Source: Bacillota bacterium
GTDB taxonomy: Bacteria > Bacillota_I > Bacilli_A > RF39 > UBA660
Reading direction: 5' to 3'
DNA length: 64,000 nucleotides
NCBI GenBank assembly: GCA_015059485.1
Contig: SVAH01000007.1
Location: forward strand, 3,011-67,010
Made by a program: the position numbers and the translations under genes. Below the pieces are notes generated by a model that saw only the letters and a program-made list of their open reading frames with translations, was not told where the DNA came from and made no database searches. Shown here one piece after another: positions 16,191 through 25,560 of this stretch (position 1 is the first letter of the stretch; every line of letters starts with the position of its first letter).

Positions 16191-18608
16191 ATGTTAGATA
16201 AAAAATATATTGCAAATGAAAAAGAGAGTATTTGGTTAAATTATTGGAAGGAAAATGGAATATATGATTTCAAACCAGATCAAAGAGAAGTATATTCAAT
16301 AGATACTCCTCCTCCAACAGTTAATGGTAAGATTCATATAGGGCATATCTTTTCGTATACACAAACAGAAATGATTGCTAGATATAAAAGATTAAGTGGG
16401 TATAATGTATTTTATCCATTTGGTTTTGATGATAATGGATTACCTTCAGAAAGATTAGTTGAAAAAGAACAAGGTAAGAAAGCTCATGAAATTGGAAGAG
16501 AAGAGTTTTCTAAATTATGTTATGAAACAACTGATAAGTATGAAAGTGAATTTCAAGAATTATTTAGTAAGATGGGAGTTAGTACTGATTGGAAATATCA
16601 TTATAAAACAGTTAGTCCATCAACTATTAAGATAAGTCAAAAATCATTCTTAGATTTAATTAATAAAGGACATTGTTATCATAAAGAATCACCAGCATTA
16701 TGGTGTAATGAATGTTTAACTTCAATAGCACAAGCTGAACTTGAAACAAAAACAATTAAAACAACATTCAATTATATTAATTTTAAAACCAAAGAAGATA
16801 ATGAAGAATTTACTATTGCTACAACAAGACCTGAGTTATTACCTGCTATTGTATGTGTATTTGTAAATCCTAATGATGAAGCACACAATCATTTAATTGG
16901 TAAAACAGCTTGTATTCCAGTAATAGATGTAGAAGTTCCTATTATGGCAGATGAAAAAGTAGCCATAGATAAAGGTACTGGCGTAGTTATGTGTTGTACT
17001 TTTGGAGATCAAACAGACATTGAATGGTGGAAAAAATACAATTTACCACTTAAATATATTTTTACTGATGATGGTAGAATTATTGATTCTGTTCCTAACT
17101 ATGGTGGAATGAAAATTAAAGAAGCTAGAAAACAAATTATTGAGGATTTACAAGCTGGTGGATATGTAGTTAAGATTGAAGAATTAGAACATGAAGTAGG
17201 GATACATGAAAGATGTGGTAAAGAAGTAGAATATTCAGTAATGAAACAATGGTTTATTGATATCATGAATCATAAAGATGATTTCATTAAAATTGGAAAT
17301 GAAATTAAATGGTATCCTGAACATATGCATAATAGATATAATGAATGGGTTGAAAATGTTTTATGGGATTGGTGTATATCAAGACAAAGATATTTTGGAG
17401 TTCCATTTCCAGTTTGGTATTGTAAGACCTGCGGTGAACCAATTTTTGCTGATATAAATGATTTACCAGTTAATCCATTAACAGATAAACCTAAAACTGA
17501 TAAATGTTCAAAATGTGGATGTACTGAATTTATTCCAGAAACTGATGTAATGGATACTTGGGCAACTTCTTCAGTAACACCATTAATTAATATGAGATAT
17601 GGTGAAGAAGAAAACTATGAAGATATCTTAAAACCAATGAGTTTAAGAACTAATGCTTCTGAAATTATTAGAACTTGGGATTTCTATACAATAGTTAAAA
17701 GTTTTTATCACTTTGGAACTAGACCTTGGGATAATGTTATGATTTCAGGATTCGTTATGGCTAACAAAGGAGAAAAAATTAGTAAGTCAAAAGGTAATAG
17801 TAAAGTAGAACCAATGGATCTTATTAATGAGTATTCTGCAGATGTATTAAGATATTGGGCTGGAACTGGTAGACTTGGTACTGATATCGTATTTAGTGAT
17901 GAAACATTATTAAGAGGTAAGAAGCTAGTAAATAAAATTTGGAATGTTTCTAAATTTATTGAAATGCATTTACAAGATTATGAAGATAAAGAATTTAATG
18001 ATTTTGAATATATTGATAAATGGATACTTGGTAAATATCAAGAAATGGAAAAACAATTCATTAAGTACTTAGATGATTATGAAGTAGGATTAGCATTAAA
18101 TTTACTTGAAAAATTCTTCTGGAATTTCTGCGATAATTATATTGAAATTGTTAAACATAGATTATATAGACCTGAAGAATTTGGAGATATTCCAAGATAC
18201 TCAGGACAAAAAACAGTTTATACTATTCTTTATAAATTATTACAAGACTTTAGTATTTACTTCCCATATATAACTGAAGAAGTTTATCAAGAGTTATATC
18301 ACGATAACAAATCAATTCATATAACAGAGATTAAACCATTAAAATATAATTTTGAATCAGAAATTAAAAATGGTGATTTAATGGTTGATATTATCAGTCA
18401 AGCAAGGGGAGAAAAATCAAATAATAATTTATCTTTAAAGACATCAATTAAAAATTTAGATTTAAGTTTAAACAGTGAACTTAAAGATGCAATTAATAAA
18501 TCTATTAAAGATTTTAAAGCAACATTATTTATTAATAATCTAATAATAAATGATTGTGATAAAGATTATACAATTAACAAAATTGAATTAGATTTAGAAT
18601 CTGAATAA
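16191..18608 (+). CDS. valS: Valyl-tRNA synthetase (short archaeal/actinobacterial-like type)
   Basis: PPPTVNGKIHIGH (HIGH), KISKSKGN (KMSKS), FYPFGFDDNGLPSE. 805 aa with no long C-terminal coiled coil. Confidence 0.85.
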   Translation: MLDKKYIANEKESIWLNYWKENGIYDFKPDQREVYSIDTPPPTVNGKIHIGHIFSYTQTEMIARYKRLSGYNVFYPFGFDDNGLPSERLVEKEQGKKAHEIGREEFSKLCYETTDKYESEFQELFSKMGVSTDWKYHYKTVSPSTIKISQKSFLDLINKGHCYHKESPALWCNECLTSIAQAELETKTIKTTFNYINFKTKEDNEEFTIATTRPELLPAIVCVFVNPNDEAHNHLIGKTACIPVIDVEVPIMADEKVAIDKGTGVVMCCTFGDQTDIEWWKKYNLPLKYIFTDDGRIIDSVPNYGGMKIKEARKQIIEDLQAGGYVVKIEELEHEVGIHERCGKEVEYSVMKQWFIDIMNHKDDFIKIGNEIKWYPEHMHNRYNEWVENVLWDWCISRQRYFGVPFPVWYCKTCGEPIFADINDLPVNPLTDKPKTDKCSKCGCTEFIPETDVMDTWATSSVTPLINMRYGEEENYEDILKPMSLRTNASEIIRTWDFYTIVKSFYHFGTRPWDNVMISGFVMANKGEKISKSKGNSKVEPMDLINEYSADVLRYWAGTGRLGTDIVFSDETLLRGKKLVNKIWNVSKFIEMHLQDYEDKEFNDFEYIDKWILGKYQEMEKQFIKYLDDYEVGLALNLLEKFFWNFCDNYIEIVKHRLYRPEEFGDIPRYSGQKTVYTILYKLLQDFSIYFPYITEEVYQELYHDNKSIHITEIKPLKYNFESEIKNGDLMVDIISQARGEKSNNNLSLKTSIKNLDLSLNSELKDAINKSIKDFKATLFINNLIINDCDKDYTINKIELDLESE

Positions 18609-18662
18609 TTATTTTAAATCTAACTGCACTTACTACTGCAGTTAGGGTAAATTAGAATTTAA

Positions 18663-18688
18663 AAATATCGCAAAAAATACAATAGAGT
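18663..18688 (+). repeat. Family B-related fragment (AATATCGCAAAAAATACAATAGAGTG)
   Basis: Resembles ATTACGAGCAAAAATACAGTG at 9006..9026 and ATTACGAGAAAAAAATATAG at 1968..1987. Confidence 0.35.
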
Positions 18689-18900
18689 GATTAGTGATAT
18701 AATAAATTTGATTAAAAAAGTTAAAAAAAGTCATTTTAGTCCGTAGGAGTGGTTCCTACATTGTTCCAATGCTTATTGCGGGGCATGGTGGATACATTTA
18801 AAACAGGTGCAAATTAATAATAGTTGAACATAGTAATATAATATGTAAAGTGAATGAAAAACTCGTTTTTTGTGTTATAATGAGTATGAGGTGTATAAGC

Positions 18901-19275
18901 ATGAAATGTTTAAATTATATATGTACAATTGATGATATGGGTGAAGTAAACGATATATTATATCAAGTAAATTATTATTTGTTTGAAGAAGTCGATTGTT
19001 CTGAGGAAGAAGCAATTAAGTTACAAGAAGCACTTGAGAGAAAAATACGAGTTGAAGAACGTAAAAAAGAAGTAGCTAATAATTGTGGAATTTATCAAAA
19101 AAATTATTATCTTAACGTTAGAAAAAGTAAGGACAATTCATTATTTGATAGTTCAGATAGTTACATAAAAAAAGATGAAGATATAAAAAAACATTTATCT
19201 AAACGTGGATTTGATGTAATAAGTATTATAGACCCATCCGAATATATTAAATTTAGTAATAAAACACATATTTAA
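18901..19275 (+). CDS. Hypothetical protein
   Basis: ATG at 18901 after GAGGTG and a TGTTATAAT -10. The track's GTG start at 18850 lies upstream of that promoter. Confidence 0.4.
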   Translation: MKCLNYICTIDDMGEVNDILYQVNYYLFEEVDCSEEEAIKLQEALERKIRVEERKKEVANNCGIYQKNYYLNVRKSKDNSLFDSSDSYIKKDEDIKKHLSKRGFDVISIIDPSEYIKFSNKTHI

Positions 19276-19290
19276 ATTAATAATGATTTT

Positions 19291-19358
19291 CTTGCAATAT
19301 TTTAATATTACGATAAAAGAGATTTAAATCTCTTTTTTTTGATTTGTTTTATATTGCG
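19291..19358 (+). repeat. Family B variant with terminator
   Basis: CTTGCAATATTTTAATATTACGAT, hairpin AAAGAGATTTAAATCTCTTTTTTTT, then ATATTGCG. Confidence 0.45.
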
Positions 19359-19420
19359 GTGTATTATATTACTTGCAAGCAGATTGCTTGTTTATGAGTC
19401 TTTTCAAGGAGGTGTGTAGT

Positions 19421-19670
19421 ATGTTAAATACAGACTATACCAAAAATTCGTGTAAAAGATATTGCACTATCATATGTGAATAGCGCGGGATATATAGAGT
19501 TAATCCAAAGAGTTGGTGAAATATCCCAAGAACCACAATATAAGAAAGATTTCTATGATTTAGTATTAGATGTATTTGATAATAAGTCTTATGATAGTTT
19601 AAAAGAACTATATGAATATGTAATAGGTGATTTTAAAATAACTGATTTTGTATTAAAAACTGAATTATAA
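19421..19670 (+). pseudogene. Small hypothetical gene split by a 1-nt frameshift in an A5 run
   Basis: ATG at 19421 has a strong SD (AAGGAGGTG) but stops after 20 codons. The +1 frame is open from 19428 to 19670. The frames join at the A5 run 19442..19446. Confidence 0.45.
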
Positions 19671-19671
19671 T

Positions 19672-19749
19672 ATATCGTAATATTAAGATATTCCCGTGCA
19701 TTAAGGTGAGAAACAATCTCATCTTTTTTTAGTAATCTTACGATATATT
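19672..19749 (+). repeat. Family B palindromic element, full copy
   Basis: ATATCGTAATATTA...(hairpin GGTGAGAAACAATCTCATC + T7)...TAATCTTACGATAT. Begins 2 nt after the stop codon. Confidence 0.7.
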
Positions 19750-19794
19750 AAAAAATAATAAAGTATGATATAATGCCAATAGGTTGGTGATATT

Positions 19795-20133
19795 ATGAAA
19801 CATGAAATGAAATTAAATAATGGTCCTTTTAAGAATATTAAAAATGGTACAAAGACAATTGAGTTAAGATTAAATGATGAGAAAAGGCAATTGTTAAAAA
19901 TAAAAGATTTAATTGAATTTACTAATAGGGAAACATTGGAACAATTGTTAGTAGAAATAGAAAATCTATATCATTATCCTTCATTTGAAGAATTATATAA
20001 ACACTTTGATAAAGTTGCTATGGGGTATAAGGAAGATGAAGGAGCTGATCCAAAAGACATGGAAGAATATTATTCAAAAGAGGAACAAGAAAAATATGGA
20101 GTTTTAGGAATTGAAATAAAAAAAGTAAGATAA
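19795..20133 (+). CDS. ASCH-domain protein
   Basis: N-terminal NGPFKNIKNGTKTIELRLNDEKR pattern; about 110 aa. Confidence 0.55.
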   Translation: MKHEMKLNNGPFKNIKNGTKTIELRLNDEKRQLLKIKDLIEFTNRETLEQLLVEIENLYHYPSFEELYKHFDKVAMGYKEDEGADPKDMEEYYSKEEQEKYGVLGIEIKKVR

Positions 20134-20208
20134 TCGTAAGATTAAGATATTCCTGTACATTAAGGTGAGAAATAATCTCATCTTTTTTTAGTAATATTGC
20201 GATGATTT
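20132..20208 (+). repeat. Family B palindromic element, full copy
   Basis: AATCGTAAGATTAAGATATTCCTGTACATTAAGGTGAGAAATAATCTCATCTTTTTTTAGTAATATTGCGATGATTT. About 90 percent identical to 19672..19749. Confidence 0.7.
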
Positions 20209-20294
20209 ACATTTTTTTGAAATTATATCAATTAGCATGATAAAAATAGATAAGTCTATGGTATAATGTTAATATTAGTAGAGGGGATTTATTT

Positions 20295-20750
20295 ATGGAT
20301 GAATTTAATACGTTTGAAAAAGTAAAAATCATATTTGAAAGTGTTAATGCTTTAGGAGAAAGTAATGTATTTTTTGTTGCTTGTAAAGATAAAGAAAAAT
20401 CTAATGGAATGGTGTCTGGTATGGAGTATCCATATGATGGATTATTAATAAATGATTCTGAAAAAGGTATTACAATGTTTTATCTAAAAGCAAATGCTTT
20501 AAGTGGATTAATTACTTTAGCAAAACCATCTAAAATGACATTGGATAAAGAGCATTATATATTTATACCAAAAGAAAACATTAAAGAAATCAAAATAAAA
20601 AAATTTGCTTTATTAAATTCTAAAACAAAAAGAATTGAAATAAATACATTAGATGGTAAATCATATAAATTATATGCAAATATAGAAGAAAAAGATTTTC
20701 CATATCAAAAAGAAAATTTTAATAAATTTATAAAAAAGTATGAAAAATAA
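20295..20750 (+). CDS. Hypothetical protein
   Basis: Good SD (GAGGGG). No recognised motifs. Confidence 0.4.
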   Translation: MDEFNTFEKVKIIFESVNALGESNVFFVACKDKEKSNGMVSGMEYPYDGLLINDSEKGITMFYLKANALSGLITLAKPSKMTLDKEHYIFIPKENIKEIKIKKFALLNSKTKRIEINTLDGKSYKLYANIEEKDFPYQKENFNKFIKKYEK

Positions 20751-20783
20751 TAAATTTATAAAAGAATAAAAGGAAGTTTTAGG

Positions 20784-21350
20784 ATGAGTAAAGTTTTGGA
20801 TGTTATTAAGAATATTATGATTTACTTTATATGTTTTGCATTTATTGGTTGGATATATGAAGTTATATTATTTTTAGTTGAAGACCATATTTTTGTAAAT
20901 AGAGGTGTATTATATGGACCATGGTTACCAGTTTATGGTACAGGAGGTTTAGTTATTTATTATTTATTTTATCGCTTTAAAAATAAAGTAATAAAAGTTA
21001 GAAATATAAATATAAGGCCATTACTAATATTTATATATATTACAATAACTGCGGTTTTTATAGAATTATTAACAACTTATATTTGTGACTTTATTAATTC
21101 TGATTGGAGAACACTATGGTTCTATGGAGATAAGTTTATGAATTTTGAAGGGCGTATTGCTCTTGTTCCAGGGTTGAAATTTGGATTAGTTGGAATAATT
21201 GGAGTGTATTTAATTGTTCCTTTAATTGATAAAATTAAAAATAGTAATAAAAAAACAACTGTATCTTTTACATATGTAATTATATTATTATTTTTAATAG
21301 ATGTTATTATTCATTTATTTATTGGTGGTACATATAGTGGACCAGTATAA
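20784..21350 (+). CDS. Polytopic membrane protein (putative 'ABC-transporter type IV'/DUF1113-like)
   Basis: Five to six TM helices; GWIYEV motif near the N-terminus. Family assignment is from memory. Confidence 0.4.
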   Translation: MSKVLDVIKNIMIYFICFAFIGWIYEVILFLVEDHIFVNRGVLYGPWLPVYGTGGLVIYYLFYRFKNKVIKVRNINIRPLLIFIYITITAVFIELLTTYICDFINSDWRTLWFYGDKFMNFEGRIALVPGLKFGLVGIIGVYLIVPLIDKIKNSNKKTTVSFTYVIILLFLIDVIIHLFIGGTYSGPV

Positions 21351-21377
21351 TACTTATTGTACAAGGAGAGTGATTAT

Positions 21378-21929
21378 ATGGAAATTAAATATGAAAAGGC
21401 AACAGAAAAAGATGCATATGCAATTCGTTATATAGGTGCACATAGCTGGAAAGAAACATATAAAGGATTAGTATCAGATGAATATTTAAATTATAAAGTA
21501 GAGCATTTTGAAGATGGCATTGAGAAGCAAAAGAAAATTCTACAAAATGAAAATAATAACTTTTATATTGCAAAAGTAGATGACAAGACAGTAGGATTTG
21601 TTAGTTATGGTAATTATGAAGATGAAAAATATAAAGAATATGGTCATATAGGAGCGTTGTATCTATTAAAAGATTACCAAGGATATGGTATTGGAAGAGA
21701 ATTATTTAAAATAGCTTTAGAGGGATTAAAAGAATTAGGATATACAAAAATGGAATTAGAATGTATGACTGGAAATTCAACAGTTAACTTTTATAAAAAA
21801 TATTTGGGTGAAATTGTAGATGTGATTGATTATCCATTAAATGGTGGATTCTCAGTTAATGCCGATATAATGATATTTGATATAGAAAAATCATTAAAAA
21901 TAATTAATAGCAATCAAATTAGAAAGTAG
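21378..21929 (+). CDS. GNAT family N-acetyltransferase
   Basis: ATG at 21378 after AAGGAGAG. Motif A LKDYQGYGIGRELF. Confidence 0.8.
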   Translation: MEIKYEKATEKDAYAIRYIGAHSWKETYKGLVSDEYLNYKVEHFEDGIEKQKKILQNENNNFYIAKVDDKTVGFVSYGNYEDEKYKEYGHIGALYLLKDYQGYGIGRELFKIALEGLKELGYTKMELECMTGNSTVNFYKKYLGEIVDVIDYPLNGGFSVNADIMIFDIEKSLKIINSNQIRK

Positions 21930-21977
21930 TAACAAATATAGTTTATTATGTTATAATTAATTAAAGGATGTGATATT

Positions 21978-22655
21978 TTGAAAACAGGAAAAAGTATAAT
22001 ATGGGGTATAGTTTTGGTAGTGGTTGGTGTTCTTCTAGGGCTTAAGTCATTAGATATAGTAGACATTAATATTTTCTTTGATGGATGGTGGACATTATTT
22101 ATTATAGTTCCAAGTTTTATAAGACTATTTACAGATGATGATAAAACAGGAAGTATTCTATTTTTAATAGTAGGTATATTATTATTACTTGCAGCTCAAG
22201 ATCTAATTAGTTATAAAATGTTTGGAAAATTGATATTTCCATTAATAATTATAATGATTGGTTTATCATTATTATTTAAAAACATGTTTAACAAAACTAT
22301 TAATAGAAAAATAGAAAAACTTAATTCTACTAAGGAATCAAAAGAAGAATACAGTGCAATATTTTCAGGACAAGATATTAATTTGGATAAAGTTGAATTT
22401 AATGGTACTACAGTAAATGCAATATTTGGTGGGGCTAAATTAGATTTGAGAAATGCAATAATTAAAGATGATGTAGTAATAACTGGTAAAGCCATATTTG
22501 GCGGAATAGATATATATACACCAGATGATGTAAATGTACAAATAAAATCAAATTCAGTATTTGGTGGCGTAGATAATAAAAATAAAAATAGTGATAAAAA
22601 ACATACTATTTATATTGATGCGACTTGTGTATTTGGTGGAATAGACGTTAAATAA
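21978..22655 (+). CDS. LiaF-like / cell-wall-stress membrane protein
   Basis: TTG start after AAAGGATG. Four TM helices, then a C-terminal repetitive FGG(V/I)D beta-rich domain. Confidence 0.45.
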   Translation: MKTGKSIIWGIVLVVVGVLLGLKSLDIVDINIFFDGWWTLFIIVPSFIRLFTDDDKTGSILFLIVGILLLLAAQDLISYKMFGKLIFPLIIIMIGLSLLFKNMFNKTINRKIEKLNSTKESKEEYSAIFSGQDINLDKVEFNGTTVNAIFGGAKLDLRNAIIKDDVVITGKAIFGGIDIYTPDDVNVQIKSNSVFGGVDNKNKNSDKKHTIYIDATCVFGGIDVK

Positions 22656-22677
22656 TATTTTTTAGGAGAAAGACAAA

Positions 22678-23151
22678 ATGAATAAATATATGCAGATTGC
22701 AAAAGAATTAGCTGATGATAATTTAGAAACAAATGTAGGTGGACCTTTTGGTGCTTGTATCGTAAAAGACGGTAAAATAATTGGAAAAGGTTCAAATCAT
22801 GTATTAAAGAATAATGATCCAACGGCACATGCAGAAATTGAAGCAATAAGAGATGCTTGTAAAAATATTAATTCACATGATTTAAAAGGATGTGAAATAT
22901 ATACAACATGTTATCCATGTCCAATGTGTTTGTCAGCAATTATATGGTCTAATATAAAAACGGTATATTATGGAAATACTAAAGAAGATGCTGAGTTTAT
23001 CGGATTTAGAGATAAACATATTTATACTAATATTGATAAAATAAATTCTGAAAATAGTATAGATATTTTAAGCATGTTACCTTTAGATAGAGAAGAGACT
23101 ATAAAGACATTTAATGAATTTGTTGCGAAAAAAGACAAAACAATATACTAA
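22678..23151 (+). CDS. CDA-fold nucleoside/guanine deaminase
   Basis: Zinc motifs HAEIEAI and PCPMCLSAI; 157 aa. Confidence 0.8.
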   Translation: MNKYMQIAKELADDNLETNVGGPFGACIVKDGKIIGKGSNHVLKNNDPTAHAEIEAIRDACKNINSHDLKGCEIYTTCYPCPMCLSAIIWSNIKTVYYGNTKEDAEFIGFRDKHIYTNIDKINSENSIDILSMLPLDREETIKTFNEFVAKKDKTIY

Positions 23152-23160
23152 AAAGAAATA

Positions 23161-23184
23161 AATTGAGAGATTCTCAATTTTTTT
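23161..23184 (+). terminator. Rho-independent terminator
   Basis: AATTGAGAGATTCTCAATT followed by a T-run. Confidence 0.65.
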
Positions 23185-23355
23185 AATTAGTAAATTTATG
23201 ATAAAACTATTAATGAATAGATTGAATTATATTCTTTGCAATCAAAAAATAAATAATGTATAATGAATTATATGGGGGATGAGTCCTATGAGTAAAATAT
23301 TTGAAGAAGATATAAAAAAATAAAAATTATTTCTTATGAAAAAATTATTGAAATA

Positions 23356-24015
23356 TTGAATAATCAAAAATCAAGCTGTGTGATTGATTTGGTGAAATGT
23401 ATTGATTCAGAAACTAAAGAATATTATATTTTAGTTTTTATTAATGATTTTGTTAATGAAGTACGCTTAGAATATTTAGCACCAGAGCGTAATGAAAAAA
23501 ATATATATGTGAATTTGATTAAAAAAATTAATAAATCGGTTATGAATGCAAAATTTCTTATAGATAATACAGGGAAAAATCATTTGTTTGCATGTTCTAT
23601 AAAAAATAATTTAGTATATTTTCCAAAAGACAAATCAAAATGTTGGATAAAAAATGTATGTGATGAATTATCTATAGAAGTTGAAGAAATAGAATATTTT
23701 GGAGTAGAAGATACAGGTACTATTGGAATTCAAGAAAAAGCAAATTCAAGAAAAATAGAAGAAACAGATTTAGCTCTATTAATATATGAAACTTTAGAAA
23801 ATCCAGATGAATTTTATAAAAAAATTGGTGAAAAATTAACTCCGGATGAAAGAAAATATATTAAATCATTTTTAAGAAAAGAATGTAAAACTTGTACAAA
23901 TTCAATGTGTGATGTAGAAAAACAAAAAAATATTAAAAATGATTGCCTTACATGGGAAAATAATGAATTAGTTGGTGAATATAAAGTATTAAAATTAAAT
24001 AGAAAAATAAATTAA
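23356..24015 (+). CDS. Hypothetical protein (probably 5'-truncated by a frameshift; see findings)
   Basis: The track ORF uses a TTG start without an SD. The frame stays open upstream to 23305. Confidence 0.4.
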   Translation: MNNQKSSCVIDLVKCIDSETKEYYILVFINDFVNEVRLEYLAPERNEKNIYVNLIKKINKSVMNAKFLIDNTGKNHLFACSIKNNLVYFPKDKSKCWIKNVCDELSIEVEEIEYFGVEDTGTIGIQEKANSRKIEETDLALLIYETLENPDEFYKKIGEKLTPDERKYIKSFLRKECKTCTNSMCDVEKQKNIKNDCLTWENNELVGEYKVLKLNRKIN

Positions 24016-24018
24016 GTA

Positions 24019-24167
24019 TTGACAAATAAAATAAATAATGTATAATTATTGTCAAGTGAGGAGACATAAGCAAACAGGTGAGCTGTCTCGGGTGGTTGCC
24101 TACACGATCTTTTAATTTAAAAGTACGGAGTCACGAAATGGTGATTTGCCGTGCTTTTTTTCTATTT
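24019..24167 (+). promoter_or_regulatory. Promoter plus ~110-nt structured leader ending in an intrinsic terminator
   Basis: TTGACA at 24019..24024, TGTATAAT ending at 24046. Stem GGAGACA..TGTCTC. Hairpin ACGGAGTCAC..GTGATTTGCCGT plus T7. GGTGGTTGCC mimics the terminator 3' arm. Confidence 0.4.
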
Positions 24168-24206
24168 TAAAACGGTATTTCACAAAAGAAAGGAGTGTGT
24201 ATTGAT

Positions 24207-24632
24207 ATGGAAAAAAGAGAAATTGGAAGATTTTATGCAATTTCATTTAACAATGTTGTTTATGAGTTTATTGTGTATGATGATAATACAATTAATTGTC
24301 CAACATTAAATATTAATTCTATTGAAACAATAAGACTTAAACCAAGATTTGTTTTAATTGGTGAAAAATTACATTATGAATTAGATGTTAAACCTAATAA
24401 TAGGTTTTCAGATTATTCAGAATTAATTGGAAACTATGTAATAGATGAAGAATTGTTCTTTTATTTAAAAGTAAATAGAATGATCAAATATAGTACGGAT
24501 ATGGCATATCTATATGGTTTTAGTGATAAGAGTGGTTTTGATGATAATAGATATGGTGTAGGTAGTCCATATAAATGGTCAAAGAAAAAAGGACCTATAC
24601 TGGAAAAACAAAAACATGGACATTTTAATTAG
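24207..24632 (+). CDS. Hypothetical protein
   Basis: ATG at 24207 after AAAGGAG. Confidence 0.4.
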   Translation: MEKREIGRFYAISFNNVVYEFIVYDDNTINCPTLNINSIETIRLKPRFVLIGEKLHYELDVKPNNRFSDYSELIGNYVIDEELFFYLKVNRMIKYSTDMAYLYGFSDKSGFDDNRYGVGSPYKWSKKKGPILEKQKHGHFN

Positions 24633-24731
24633 CAAAAAACACAATAACTGAAAAAATATTGTGTTTTTTAAATAATAAAAAATAGAAAATAATATGATAT
24701 AATCAAATTAAATGATAGGAGGTGATAAATT

Positions 24732-25556
24732 ATGTTAAAAGAAATTAATACTAATAATAAAGTATTTACTAGCAAAGAGTTTCAAAAAGATAAATATAAA
24801 TTTTTATTAATATTACAAAATTTACAAAGTAAAACATTAAAATTGTATAGTGATGAAGAAAATTATGTTTTGTGTAGAGGTGGAGTTGAATGGCCTACAT
24901 GGATATGGACAATAGATAATTTTGATAAATCACTATTAACCGAAATAGAAGAAGCGATAGATATATATAGATTAGATATTGATACAAGATTTACTTGTAA
25001 AAAGGAATTATATGATTTACTTGTTAAAGATAATTTTGAATCATTGGGAGATTATTATTTTGAAATGGGATATTTAGTTTGTGATAAAACTATTGAACCT
25101 AAAAAATGTGATGGCTATTTTGATAAAGCAACAAAGGAAGATGAAGAAGTATTAACTAACTTTATATATAATGAATCTCATGAAATATCAGATGTAAAAA
25201 GCCTATCTATAGAAGAAGCAAAAAAAGCATTTGAAAAAAGACTAAATTCAGGTAATTATTATGTATGGAAAAATGATAATAATGAAATAGTTGCGCAAGC
25301 CCACTATAGCGTGGTAGATGGAAATGCTAAAGTAGCAGGAGTATATACAATACCAGAAGGAAGATCAAAGGGATATGCAGGTAATACAATATATCAGTTG
25401 ACAAACATAGCATTAGAAAACGGATATCACGTATCATTATATACCGATTATAAATATATTCCTTCAAATAAAGCTTATAAAAATGTTGGATATGTAGACA
25501 AAGATGTATTGATAAATTTTAGTTGCACTAGAGTAAAATCTTATGAGAGAAGGTAA
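24732..25556 (+). CDS. GNAT-domain protein (C-terminal acetyltransferase domain)
   Basis: C-terminal RSKGYAGNTIYQL motif-A-like segment. Confidence 0.6.
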   Translation: MLKEINTNNKVFTSKEFQKDKYKFLLILQNLQSKTLKLYSDEENYVLCRGGVEWPTWIWTIDNFDKSLLTEIEEAIDIYRLDIDTRFTCKKELYDLLVKDNFESLGDYYFEMGYLVCDKTIEPKKCDGYFDKATKEDEEVLTNFIYNESHEISDVKSLSIEEAKKAFEKRLNSGNYYVWKNDNNEIVAQAHYSVVDGNAKVAGVYTIPEGRSKGYAGNTIYQLTNIALENGYHVSLYTDYKYIPSNKAYKNVGYVDKDVLINFSCTRVKSYERR

Positions 25557-25560
25557 AAAT

